A DNA stretch of 64,000 nucleotides from Hydrurus foetidus (lineage: Eukaryota): positions 558,001 to 622,000 of the forward strand of contig UYFQ01000006.1 of the NCBI GenBank assembly GCA_900617105.1, written 5' to 3'. Numbering within the stretch: the first letter of the stretch is position 1; each line of letters opens with the position of its first letter. The notes under the pieces are model-generated. The model had not been told where the DNA came from. It made no database searches and saw only the letters and a program-made list of their open reading frames with translations. Positions 19,406 to 27,542 of this stretch are shown piece by piece. The position numbers and the translations under genes are program-made.

Positions 19406-20032
19406 CTACCTCGCACCCAACCCATCAAAGCACGTCGCCAGCACCAAATCCACAATTTGCGTGTCGGTGTACTGGCCGTTCGCTTTTAAGAACTCCAGCA
19501 CCGGGTCACAGGCGCGAGCGTAGAGCGTGTAGAGCACCGCAATGGCGGGCAGTTTCGGGTTCAGCACGCCCTGCGCTTGAGCGGCTTCAATCCATGCCCC
19601 CAGTTGGTCGCTGAGACTCATCAAACCGTCCATGTAGGCGGTGTTGTTCATCAAGTTCGTGCGCAGGCTAGAGTTTTGGCTGGGCAGGCTGGGCATGAAC
19701 CCCGCCAACTGGGTGTCCATCATCCAACGGGCTACGGCTTTGAGCTGGTCTAGCGGCGCAGCACCGGCGGGGAGCGTTTGCACAAAATTCTGCGCCCGGC
19801 CCATCACATGCACCATGGCAGCGGCTGCAAGGTGCTCTTTGCTGGGGAAATGCTTGTACAGGCTTGCTTTGGCGATACCCACCTCGGCAGCCACTTCGTC
19901 CACCGTCATCGCATCAAAGCCTTTTTCGGCCAGTAATCGGTTGACGGCTACGATGATCGCGTCTTCTCGGGCCCGCAGCATTTGCTGCTTGAAAGACAGT
20001 TTGGACGGTTTGGCAGAGGGGGCGGCAGTCAT
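19406..20032 (-). CDS. TetR family regulator
   Basis: LLAEKGFDAMTVDEVAAEVGIAKASLYKHFPSKE. Confidence 0.92.
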   Translation of the reverse strand: MTAAPSAKPSKLSFKQQMLRAREDAIIVAVNRLLAEKGFDAMTVDEVAAEVGIAKASLYKHFPSKEHLAAAAMVHVMGRAQNFVQTLPAGAAPLDQLKAVARWMMDTQLAGFMPSLPSQNSSLRTNLMNNTAYMDGLMSLSDQLGAWIEAAQAQGVLNPKLPAIAVLYTLYARACDPVLEFLKANGQYTDTQIVDLVLATCFDGLGAR

Positions 20033-20052
20033 GGGGCGATGTCAAAAACGGT

Positions 20053-20322
20053 TCAGGTGCCAAAAATCAGGTACGCCACCAGCAAGCACAGCATGAAAGC
20101 CCCGGTGTACCAAATCGCCTGGTTGGCAGAGGCTTTTTCGTTCTTGATTTGCTGCGTTTCGGTTTCATAGTCGTTACCGACACCGTACACTTCGCCCGCT
20201 TCAGGGTTGCCGAAATGACTTTTGAAGAACCCCGACTTGTCCGCATCAGTAGGCGCAACAGGCACAGGAGGCACCACCGAATCTGTCGGTTTTTTGCTGG
20301 AATACGCATCAAATAAACCCAT
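20053..20322 (-). CDS. Small hypothetical protein with C-terminal TM helix
   Basis: MGLFDAYSSKK...AIWYTGAFMLCLLVAYLIFGT. GAAAGCAGG upstream of the ATG. Confidence 0.5.
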   Translation of the reverse strand: MGLFDAYSSKKPTDSVVPPVPVAPTDADKSGFFKSHFGNPEAGEVYGVGNDYETETQQIKNEKASANQAIWYTGAFMLCLLVAYLIFGT

Positions 20323-20409
20323 GGCACCTGCTTTCGTTAAGAATGACAACCTTTTTTCATTTTCACACGGTTCAACCCTTGCGTTGTGTGGCCTCATCGG
20401 CCCTGATAT

Positions 20410-20468
20410 AACTTCTTTTTTCATAGCAAGCTATGCTTATTAGGCTTGTGCCTAAAGCCTTTTTGAAC
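20410..20468 (+). repeat. Element copy upstream of the yegD-like gene
   Basis: AACT-TCTTTTTTCAT-AGCA-AGCTAT-GCT-TATTAGGCT-TGTGCC-TAAAGCC-TTTTTGA, same spacing as the other copies. Confidence 0.55.
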
Positions 20469-20480
20469 CTGATAACACGT

Positions 20481-21806
20481 ATGAAGCCCTCTCTCCCCAA
20501 CCCCCACGGCATGCTGGGCATTGATTTCGGCACCTCGAACTCGGCCATCGCCTGGGCGTCCTCGGCGATGGATGCCCGCCTGCTGCCTCTGGAAGGTGCA
20601 TCCACTGCCCTGCCCACGGCCCTTTTTTACAACGCTGAAGACCGCAGCACCCACTTTGGCCGCGATGCCATTGCGCAGTACCTCTCAGGCACCGAAGGCC
20701 GCCTGATGCGCTCGCTCAAAAGCCTGCTGGGCAGCCCGCTGCTGCAAGAGCAGACCGTGGTGAACGGCCAGCAGCTCAGCTTTCAAGACATCATCAGCCG
20801 CTTTTTGCTGGAGCTGCGCACCCGCGCCCACACCCAAATGCAGCAAGCGTCTGGCCCCGACACCCCAGCCCCCACCCGCGTGGTGATGGGCCGCCCGGTA
20901 CATTTTGTGGATGATGACGCTGAGCGCGACCAGCTGGCAGAGGCCACGCTGCGGCAAACCGCGCTGGCCGCAGGTTTTGAGCAGGTCAGCTTTCAGCTGG
21001 AGCCCATCGCCGCCGCGCTGGACTACGAACGCCGCGTTAGCCAAGAAACCCTGGTGCTGGTGGCAGACATTGGCGGTGGTACATCCGATTTCACCGTGGT
21101 GCGCCTGGGGCCAGAGCGCGTACAGCACGCCACCCGGTTACAAACCAAAGGAGACGACCGGCACCGCGCCGACGACATCCTCGCCACCACCGGTGTCCAC
21201 ATCGGCGGCACCGACTTTGACCAAAAGCTGAATTTAGAAGAAGTGATGCCCCTCTTGGGCTACCGCCACACCGACGCACGGGGCCGTGAGGTGCCCAGCA
21301 CGGTGTTTTTTGACTTGGCGACATGGCACATGATCAACTGGCGCTACAGCCCCAAAGCCGTGCGCGAGGCGCTTGACCTGCGCACCAGCTACGCCGATAT
21401 CGCCCTGCACAACCGCCTGATGACGGTGCTGACCGAGCGCCTGGGCCACCGCAACGCCAACGAGGTGGAGCTGGCCAAAATCCAAAGCTCGCGCACTGGT
21501 GGACGCGCCACCCTCGACCTCGGGCTGATGGAACGCGGCCTGCAAGCCCACATCAGCGCCGAAGCGATGGCCCAGTACCTGCAAGACCCGCTGTCGCGCA
21601 TCGTCGCCTGCGCCCAAGACTGCGTGGCGCTGGCCGGGATCAGCGCCAACAAACTCGATGCCGTGTACTTGACGGGCGGCTCTTCCGCGCTGACACCGTT
21701 CCAGAACGCACTGCGGGCAGGTTTCCCCAGCGTGCCGTTGGTGGAGGGGGATTTGTTTGGCGGCGTGGCATCCGGGCTGGCTTGCTCAGGGGCAGCAGCA
21801 GGCTAA
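20481..21806 (+). CDS. yegD: Hsp70 family protein, YegD type
   Basis: GIDFGTSNS, GRLMRSLKSLLG, GRPVHF, EPIAAA, DIGGGTSDF, LTGGSS. No DnaK substrate-binding domain. Confidence 0.88.
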   Translation: MKPSLPNPHGMLGIDFGTSNSAIAWASSAMDARLLPLEGASTALPTALFYNAEDRSTHFGRDAIAQYLSGTEGRLMRSLKSLLGSPLLQEQTVVNGQQLSFQDIISRFLLELRTRAHTQMQQASGPDTPAPTRVVMGRPVHFVDDDAERDQLAEATLRQTALAAGFEQVSFQLEPIAAALDYERRVSQETLVLVADIGGGTSDFTVVRLGPERVQHATRLQTKGDDRHRADDILATTGVHIGGTDFDQKLNLEEVMPLLGYRHTDARGREVPSTVFFDLATWHMINWRYSPKAVREALDLRTSYADIALHNRLMTVLTERLGHRNANEVELAKIQSSRTGGRATLDLGLMERGLQAHISAEAMAQYLQDPLSRIVACAQDCVALAGISANKLDAVYLTGGSSALTPFQNALRAGFPSVPLVEGDLFGGVASGLACSGAAAG

Positions 21807-21827
21807 CGTACACCGACAGACAGATCC

Positions 21828-23255
21828 TCAAGCCGCTCGACGCAACGTAAGTGACACCAGTGCAGCCAGGACACTCAGCCCTGCGGTTGCAACAAATACA
21901 GCATGGTAGCCCTGCAACTGGGCCACCTGGGGCAATAAAACGGTTTGTGCAGACAGTTGGTTTTGCGTTACTGCATACGCTAGAGTAGACAGCACGGCAA
22001 TGCCCAGTGCTGCACCCAGCTGGCGTGCCGTGTTGAAAAGACCCGATGCCAGCCCCGCATCCTGGGAAGGAACTCCATCAAGGGCGGTATGGGTTGCCGT
22101 CATCAACATTAACCCCAAGCCTAGGCCAATCAGCAACATAGGGCCCAATATATGGGGTACGAATTCGACCTGCACAGGAAGAATGCTCATCCACAGCAAA
22201 CCAGATGCACTGACCATGCCTCCAACAAATGGCAGGTAACGCACACCGCGATCCATCAGTATGCGGGAAACCATCGCAGCAACGGCTAAAGTGATGGCCA
22301 TTGGCAGAATGGCCAAGCCTGTGTCCAGCGCGTTGTAACCCACGATGCGTTGCAGCACGATCGATGTGAAAAAGGTTGAGGCCGTCAACGATGCGCCCAT
22401 GCACAACACCACGATATTGCCCATCCGCACGTTATGCACACCAAAAATATCCAGCCGAATTAACGGGTGCGATGCTTTGGATTCAATCACCAAGAAAGTA
22501 ACCAGCAGCACTGCCGCACAAGCAAGTGCAACGATGACCGTACGGGAAGCCCACCCTTGGTTCATGGACTGTGAAATCCCATACATCACACAGCCCATTC
22601 CAGAGGTGATGGCAAACGCACCGGGCATGTCCAACTTGGGGCGCGTTGGGTTGACAGGGGTTGGCCGCAAGCACACAGCCACGGCAGCAATCAGCGCCAA
22701 ACCAATAGGCACGTTAACAAACATCACCCACCGCCAATTGGCCTGGGTCGTCAATACGCCCCCCGCAACAACACCGAAAGCCGAGGCAATGGAACTGGAT
22801 GCAGCCCACCATGAAATAGCCCGTCCGCGTGCCGAGCCGCTGGGATAGACATTAAGAATGACAGCGAGCGTGGATGTGGCCAAGGCGGATGCACCAAACC
22901 CCTGCACCGCGCGTGCGGCAAGCAACAACGGCCCGCTATCGGCCAGCCCACCGGCCAAACTGGCCAATGTGAACACAGCTAAACCAGACTGCAAAATAAC
23001 CCTCCGACCATACAGATCACCGACGCGGGCAGCGAGCAGCATAAACCCGCCCAGAACCAGCAAATAGGCATCTACAACCCAATGCAACGCAGTATCGGAA
23101 AGATGCAAGTCAGCCTGCATCGCGGGCAACGCCACATTCACGATCGCCCCATCCATCACGACCATAAAAGAAGCTGTACAGGCAACAGCGACAGCTATCC
23201 AAGGCGGTATGTTTGGATGCAAAAGAGACGAATTGGTATGAATCGATTTAGCCAT
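21828..23255 (-). CDS. MFS efflux transporter, DHA2 (EmrB/QacA) family
   Basis: MDGAIVNVALP, GDLYGRR, WRWVMFVNVPIG, ASGLFNTARQLG. Confidence 0.92.
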   Translation of the reverse strand: MAKSIHTNSSLLHPNIPPWIAVAVACTASFMVVMDGAIVNVALPAMQADLHLSDTALHWVVDAYLLVLGGFMLLAARVGDLYGRRVILQSGLAVFTLASLAGGLADSGPLLLAARAVQGFGASALATSTLAVILNVYPSGSARGRAISWWAASSSIASAFGVVAGGVLTTQANWRWVMFVNVPIGLALIAAVAVCLRPTPVNPTRPKLDMPGAFAITSGMGCVMYGISQSMNQGWASRTVIVALACAAVLLVTFLVIESKASHPLIRLDIFGVHNVRMGNIVVLCMGASLTASTFFTSIVLQRIVGYNALDTGLAILPMAITLAVAAMVSRILMDRGVRYLPFVGGMVSASGLLWMSILPVQVEFVPHILGPMLLIGLGLGLMLMTATHTALDGVPSQDAGLASGLFNTARQLGAALGIAVLSTLAYAVTQNQLSAQTVLLPQVAQLQGYHAVFVATAGLSVLAALVSLTLRRAA

Positions 23256-23347
23256 AGAGAACCTCTAGCGGTTGAAAGCAGTTAGTGTTCCACGGGTAAC
23301 GTCAAGTCCAATAACGCTGTTTAGCCAAAGAATAGCGAAAATGGGCC

Positions 23348-24199
23348 ATGAAAAAAATTACTCCCAACACAGTAGAAGACAGCGAACGCGCTGATGGGCC
23401 TGCCGTGATTGCCTTTCTGGGCAATGACGCAGCGGACAGTCAGTTTCCGTTAGGCACACGCGAGCACGACTGGCACAGCCATCTGCGCGGACAACTCTTT
23501 TGCGTGGAAAGCGGTTTGGTGCATGTCCGCTCACGCCATGGTTCTTGGTTACTGCCACCACATCGCGCAGGCTGGATACCACCAGGAGAGCCACACAAGG
23601 TCAGCATCAGTGGTGCCATGAGTGGCTGGGGAGTGCTGATTGCACCAACCGCCAGCGGTATTTTGCCCGCCACACCTTGCGTGATCGGTACCAGTGATTT
23701 GTTGCGTGCGCTGGTGCAGCGAGCCGTCTTATGGGCGAGACAAGAACAGCTAGAACCAGAGCAAGAACGCATCGTCACGGTATTGCAAGACGAAATACGC
23801 CGTGCACCGCACGAACCCTTGCATCTTCCTATGCCGACTGATCGACGATTGCTTCGCATTGCCAACGCGATTCTGGCCCATCCCGACGAAGGCAAAACGC
23901 TGGCACAGTGGGCAGCTTGGGCAGGTCTGTCGGCACGTACACTGAGTCGTCTGTGTCGGGTAGAAACCGGCAGCAGCTTTGCCCAGTGGTGCCAGCAAGC
24001 CCGCCTAACCCATGCGTTGGAACTGTTGGCAGAAGGCTCACCCGTGGCACAGGTTGCCGACGCACTGGGCTATGCCACACCCAGCAGCTTCATCGCCATG
24101 TTCCACCGCTGTTTTGGGGAATCTCCTGCACGCTACTTCACGCAGAGAAAACTGACCCCCACTAGGCTGCCATCAGTTCCCATAACCGCGCCGGACTGA
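23348..24199 (+). CDS. AraC family regulator with cupin domain, divergent from the MFS
   Basis: WHSHLRGQL cupin, LS.RTL.R....TG.SF.QW, ALGYATPSSFIAMF. Confidence 0.92.
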   Translation: MKKITPNTVEDSERADGPAVIAFLGNDAADSQFPLGTREHDWHSHLRGQLFCVESGLVHVRSRHGSWLLPPHRAGWIPPGEPHKVSISGAMSGWGVLIAPTASGILPATPCVIGTSDLLRALVQRAVLWARQEQLEPEQERIVTVLQDEIRRAPHEPLHLPMPTDRRLLRIANAILAHPDEGKTLAQWAAWAGLSARTLSRLCRVETGSSFAQWCQQARLTHALELLAEGSPVAQVADALGYATPSSFIAMFHRCFGESPARYFTQRKLTPTRLPSVPITAPD

Positions 24200-26507
24200 G
24201 CGGCATCTCTAACTGCGCGGCTTTCGTCCCCCACCCGCCCCGTGCCAGCGCATCGGCCACCGCGTTCACCACGCTGGGGGCTGCGCCAATGGTGCCCAAC
24301 TCGCCCACGCCCTTCACGCCCAGCGGGTTGTTTTTGCAAGGCGTGGACTCGTCCATCTCGGTTTTGAAATCCACCGCCAGCACATCGGCACGCGGCAAGC
24401 CGTAGTCCATCAAGCTGCCGGTGACGAGCTGGCCGGTTTCGCGGTCGTACATCAGGTGCTCGGACAGCGCTTGGCCGATACCCTGCACCGCGCCGCCATC
24501 GAGCTGGCCCCGCACGATCATCGGGTTGATAACGCGGCCCACATCGTTCACCGACGCATAGGCCACGATCTGCACGTCGCCGGTTTGAGGGTCTAGCTCC
24601 ACCTCGCTGACATGGCAACCGTTGGGCCATGTCGGGCCTGCCACGGTGCTGGTGGAATCCATGAAGATGCGCTGGCTGCTTTGCTTGCCCGCCAAGGCGA
24701 ACAAGTCGATGCCTATGTCGGTGCCTTTGACGGTAAATCGGCCTGTAACGTAGTCAATATCAGCGACGGCAGCTTCCAATTCTGTAGCAGCCAACTGCTT
24801 GGCGTGGGCGATGGTGCGCTCCGCACCCACCCGCATCGCCGAGCCACCGGTGAAGATCGAGCGTGACCCGGCGCTGCCAAAACCTGTGCCCTTGTCGGTG
24901 TCGCCCAGCACCACGCGGATGCGTTCCATCGGCAGACCGAACACGTCCACCACCAGCTGCGCCAGCGTGGTCGCAATGCCCTGGCCCATGGCGTTGACGG
25001 CGGAGAACACCTCGACGATGCCATCGGGCAGCACGGTGATGGTGACGCGCTCTTCAAACACATTGCCGCCCGTCCACTCCAAAAACGTCGCGATACCCAG
25101 ACCCCGCAGCTTGCCGCGTGCTTGGGATGCGGCCGCCCGCGCCGCAAAACCGGGCCAGTCGGCCAGCGCCAAGCCCTTGTCCATCACTTGCTCGAAGCAG
25201 CCCGTGTCGTAGAGCTGCGCCATCGGGTTTTTGTACGGCATCTGATCCGGGCGGATGAAGTTGCGGCGGCGCAGTGCGATGCGGTCTATGCCGGTCTGGC
25301 GTGCCGCTTCGTCCATCAACCGCTCCATCATGAAGATGGCCTCTGGCCGCCCGGCCCCCCGGTATGCACCCGTCGAAGCTGTGTTGGTCAGCACCGCCTG
25401 AAAGTGGAAATCAATGGTCTGGATGTCGTACACGCTGGTCTGCACCCAGGGGCCGATCAGCAGCTGGATCGCGACACCCGTGCCCGTGGCATACGCACCC
25501 ACATTGGCCTGCGAGGCGATGCGCAGCGCGAGGATCTTGCCGCTCGCGTCCAAGGCCAATTCCGCATGGCTTTGCAGGTCACGGCCGTGGTACGACGATA
25601 AAAACTCTTCGCTGCGGTCAGCCACCCATTTGACGGGGCGGGCCAGCAGCCGGGCGCAGTAGGCGACCACGGCATCCTCGGGGTACATGCCGGTTTTCAT
25701 GCCAAAACCACCGCCCACGTCGTCCACCACCACACGCATACTGGCCGGGGCCAGCCCCAGCAGTTTGGCGATCGAGTCACGCACACCCGAGGGCATTTGC
25801 GTGCTGAGGCGCACCGTCAAACGGCCGTCGGCAGGGTCGGGATAGGCCAGCACCGTGCGTGGCTCCAGCGAGACGGCGGCGACGCGCTGGTTTCGGATGT
25901 CCAGCGTGACCCGGTGCGCGGCCTGGGCGAAAGCTTGGGCTGTCGCAGCGGCGTTACCGTGGCGGGCCTCGGCGGCGATGTTGTCCGTAGCGGTGTTGCG
26001 GGCGGCATCCCACCCCAGCTGCGGTGCACCAACGGCCAGGGCATCACCCAAGTCAACCACCATCGGCCGCTCGTCGTAATTCGCCATGATGGCTTCCACA
26101 GCGTCCCGCGCTTGCTGCACCGTCTGCGCCACCACCACGGCGACGGCTTCGCCCACGAAGCGCACCTCGTCACAGGCCAGGATGTGGCGGGCAGGCGAAG
26201 AGCAGGCTGAGCCATCGGGGCGACGAAACGCCACACCCGATGGCATGGCCTCGATACCCGCCGCCACCAGATCCGCCCCCGTCAGCACCGCCAACACGCC
26301 GGGCAGGGCGCGGGCTGCAGACGTGTCGATGCCGGTGATGCGGGCATGGGGGTAAGGCGATCGCAAAAAGCACAGCCAGGCTTGCTGGTCAGGGGCAAAG
26401 TCATCGGTGTAACGGCCTTGGCCTTGCAACAAAGCATCGTCTTCAACACGGCGCACAGCGTGGCCGCTGCCGTAGCGGGTGGCGGGGGAGAGAAGTTCAA
26501 CAGTCAT
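24162..26507 (-). CDS. Xanthine dehydrogenase family molybdopterin-binding subunit (CoxL-like, AYRGAGR type)
   Basis: RVEDD.LL.G.G.Y, RSPYPHA, VGGGFG.K, AYRGAGRPE, GQLDGG..QG.G, GVKGVGE. Confidence 0.92.
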   Translation of the reverse strand: MTVELLSPATRYGSGHAVRRVEDDALLQGQGRYTDDFAPDQQAWLCFLRSPYPHARITGIDTSAARALPGVLAVLTGADLVAAGIEAMPSGVAFRRPDGSACSSPARHILACDEVRFVGEAVAVVVAQTVQQARDAVEAIMANYDERPMVVDLGDALAVGAPQLGWDAARNTATDNIAAEARHGNAAATAQAFAQAAHRVTLDIRNQRVAAVSLEPRTVLAYPDPADGRLTVRLSTQMPSGVRDSIAKLLGLAPASMRVVVDDVGGGFGMKTGMYPEDAVVAYCARLLARPVKWVADRSEEFLSSYHGRDLQSHAELALDASGKILALRIASQANVGAYATGTGVAIQLLIGPWVQTSVYDIQTIDFHFQAVLTNTASTGAYRGAGRPEAIFMMERLMDEAARQTGIDRIALRRRNFIRPDQMPYKNPMAQLYDTGCFEQVMDKGLALADWPGFAARAAASQARGKLRGLGIATFLEWTGGNVFEERVTITVLPDGIVEVFSAVNAMGQGIATTLAQLVVDVFGLPMERIRVVLGDTDKGTGFGSAGSRSIFTGGSAMRVGAERTIAHAKQLAATELEAAVADIDYVTGRFTVKGTDIGIDLFALAGKQSSQRIFMDSTSTVAGPTWPNGCHVSEVELDPQTGDVQIVAYASVNDVGRVINPMIVRGQLDGGAVQGIGQALSEHLMYDRETGQLVTGSLMDYGLPRADVLAVDFKTEMDESTPCKNNPLGVKGVGELGTIGAAPSVVNAVADALARGGWGTKAAQLEMPLSPARLWELMAA

Positions 26508-26565
26508 GGGGGTTGCCTCTTGGGATGCGGGAGATCAAGAAGAAGATCAAGATTTTTGATGCCTC

Positions 26566-26587
26566 GTAATGACATTGACACTACAAT
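26566..26587 (+). promoter_or_regulatory. Imperfect palindrome overlapping a -10-like hexamer of the TA operon
   Basis: GTAATGACA-T-TGACACTAC (7/9 inverted), TACAAT at 26582-26587, AGGAG RBS downstream. Confidence 0.5.
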
Positions 26588-26632
26588 CAAAACAGCAGCT
26601 TCAAAAGAGCACCATGTTAGGAGTAAATCACC

Positions 26633-26923
26633 ATGTCTGCTGTCATCGACATTGCACCCAAGCGCGAAACCTTGAACATCCGCATCAAGCCCGAGGAGCG
26701 CAATCTGATCGACCGTGCCGCACAAACGCGGGGTAAAAACCGCACTGATTTCATTCTGGACGCAGCCCGCCATGCGGCAGAAGATGCCTTGCTAGATCAG
26801 GTTTTCATCATGGCCAGTCCGCAGGCGTTTGACGCTTTCCTGACCCGCTTAGACGCACCACCCGCCGCGAACGAGCGCCTGCGTAAAACCCTGCAAACCC
26901 CTGCACCGTGGGACGTGGCATGA
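26633..26923 (+). CDS. DUF1778 RHH antitoxin (TacA/AtaR type)
   Basis: LNIRI...ER.LIDRAA...GK.RTDFIL.AA..AA...L, F...LDAPP..N.RL. Confidence 0.92.
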   Translation: MSAVIDIAPKRETLNIRIKPEERNLIDRAAQTRGKNRTDFILDAARHAAEDALLDQVFIMASPQAFDAFLTRLDAPPAANERLRKTLQTPAPWDVA

Positions 26924-27411
26924 GATTGTCGGCACCCACGCCGCTCACCACCGAACACGACACCAGCACCTTTGCATCGGGCACACCCAGTCTGGACGAT
27001 TGGCTGAAACGCCGTGCCCTCAAGAACCAAGGCCAGGGCGCATCGCGCACCTATGTGGCTTGTGAGGGTTTGCAGATAAGGGCGTACTACGCACTGGCAT
27101 CAGGTGCCGTCAGCATCGCGCAAGCACCCGGCAAGTTCAGACGCAACATGCCAGACCCGATTCCGGTGGTCATGCTGGGGCGCTTGGCGGTGGATGGCCG
27201 CTTGCAAGGCCAGGGCGTTGGCAGAGGTCTGATCCGCGATGCGGGGTTGCGGGTGGTCCAGGCCGCAGACACCATTGGCATTCGCGGCCTGATGGTGCAA
27301 GCGCTGAGCCATGGGGTTAAGGCGTTTTATGAAAAAATGGGGTTTGAAGCGTCCCCCTTAGACGCCATGACGCTGATGGTGACGTTGGGAGATTTACGAG
27401 ACGGCCTGTAA
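26920..27411 (+). CDS. GNAT acetyltransferase toxin (TacT/AtaT type)
   Basis: F.SG..SLD.WL..RA, RRNMPDPIPV..LGRLAVD...QGQGVG, AFY.K.GF. ATGA overlap with the antitoxin. Confidence 0.92.
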   Translation: MRLSAPTPLTTEHDTSTFASGTPSLDDWLKRRALKNQGQGASRTYVACEGLQIRAYYALASGAVSIAQAPGKFRRNMPDPIPVVMLGRLAVDGRLQGQGVGRGLIRDAGLRVVQAADTIGIRGLMVQALSHGVKAFYEKMGFEASPLDAMTLMVTLGDLRDGL

Positions 27412-27542
27412 GCGTTGAAGCGTTGGGCTGCCCCCATAGCTATCGTTATAGTCAGCAGCACGTCATCAGTCAGTGGTAAAAATTCACATTCCGCTGCATT
27501 TTCTTTCTTCTATGACACACCCGCCCCACTCACAGTGAAGCC

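Noticed and set aside
20481..21806. dnaK call
   Set aside because: Too short, lacks the substrate-binding domain, and has YegD-type motifs.
24162..26507. Aerobic CO dehydrogenase call
   Set aside because: The active-site loop is AYRGAGR rather than AYxCSFR, and no coxS/coxM or accessory genes are present.
27402..27459. Possible further copy of the dispersed element (TAGCTATCGTTATAGTCAGCA)
   Set aside because: Spacing is 12 rather than 11 and the arm aligns poorly, so it cannot be supported by eye.
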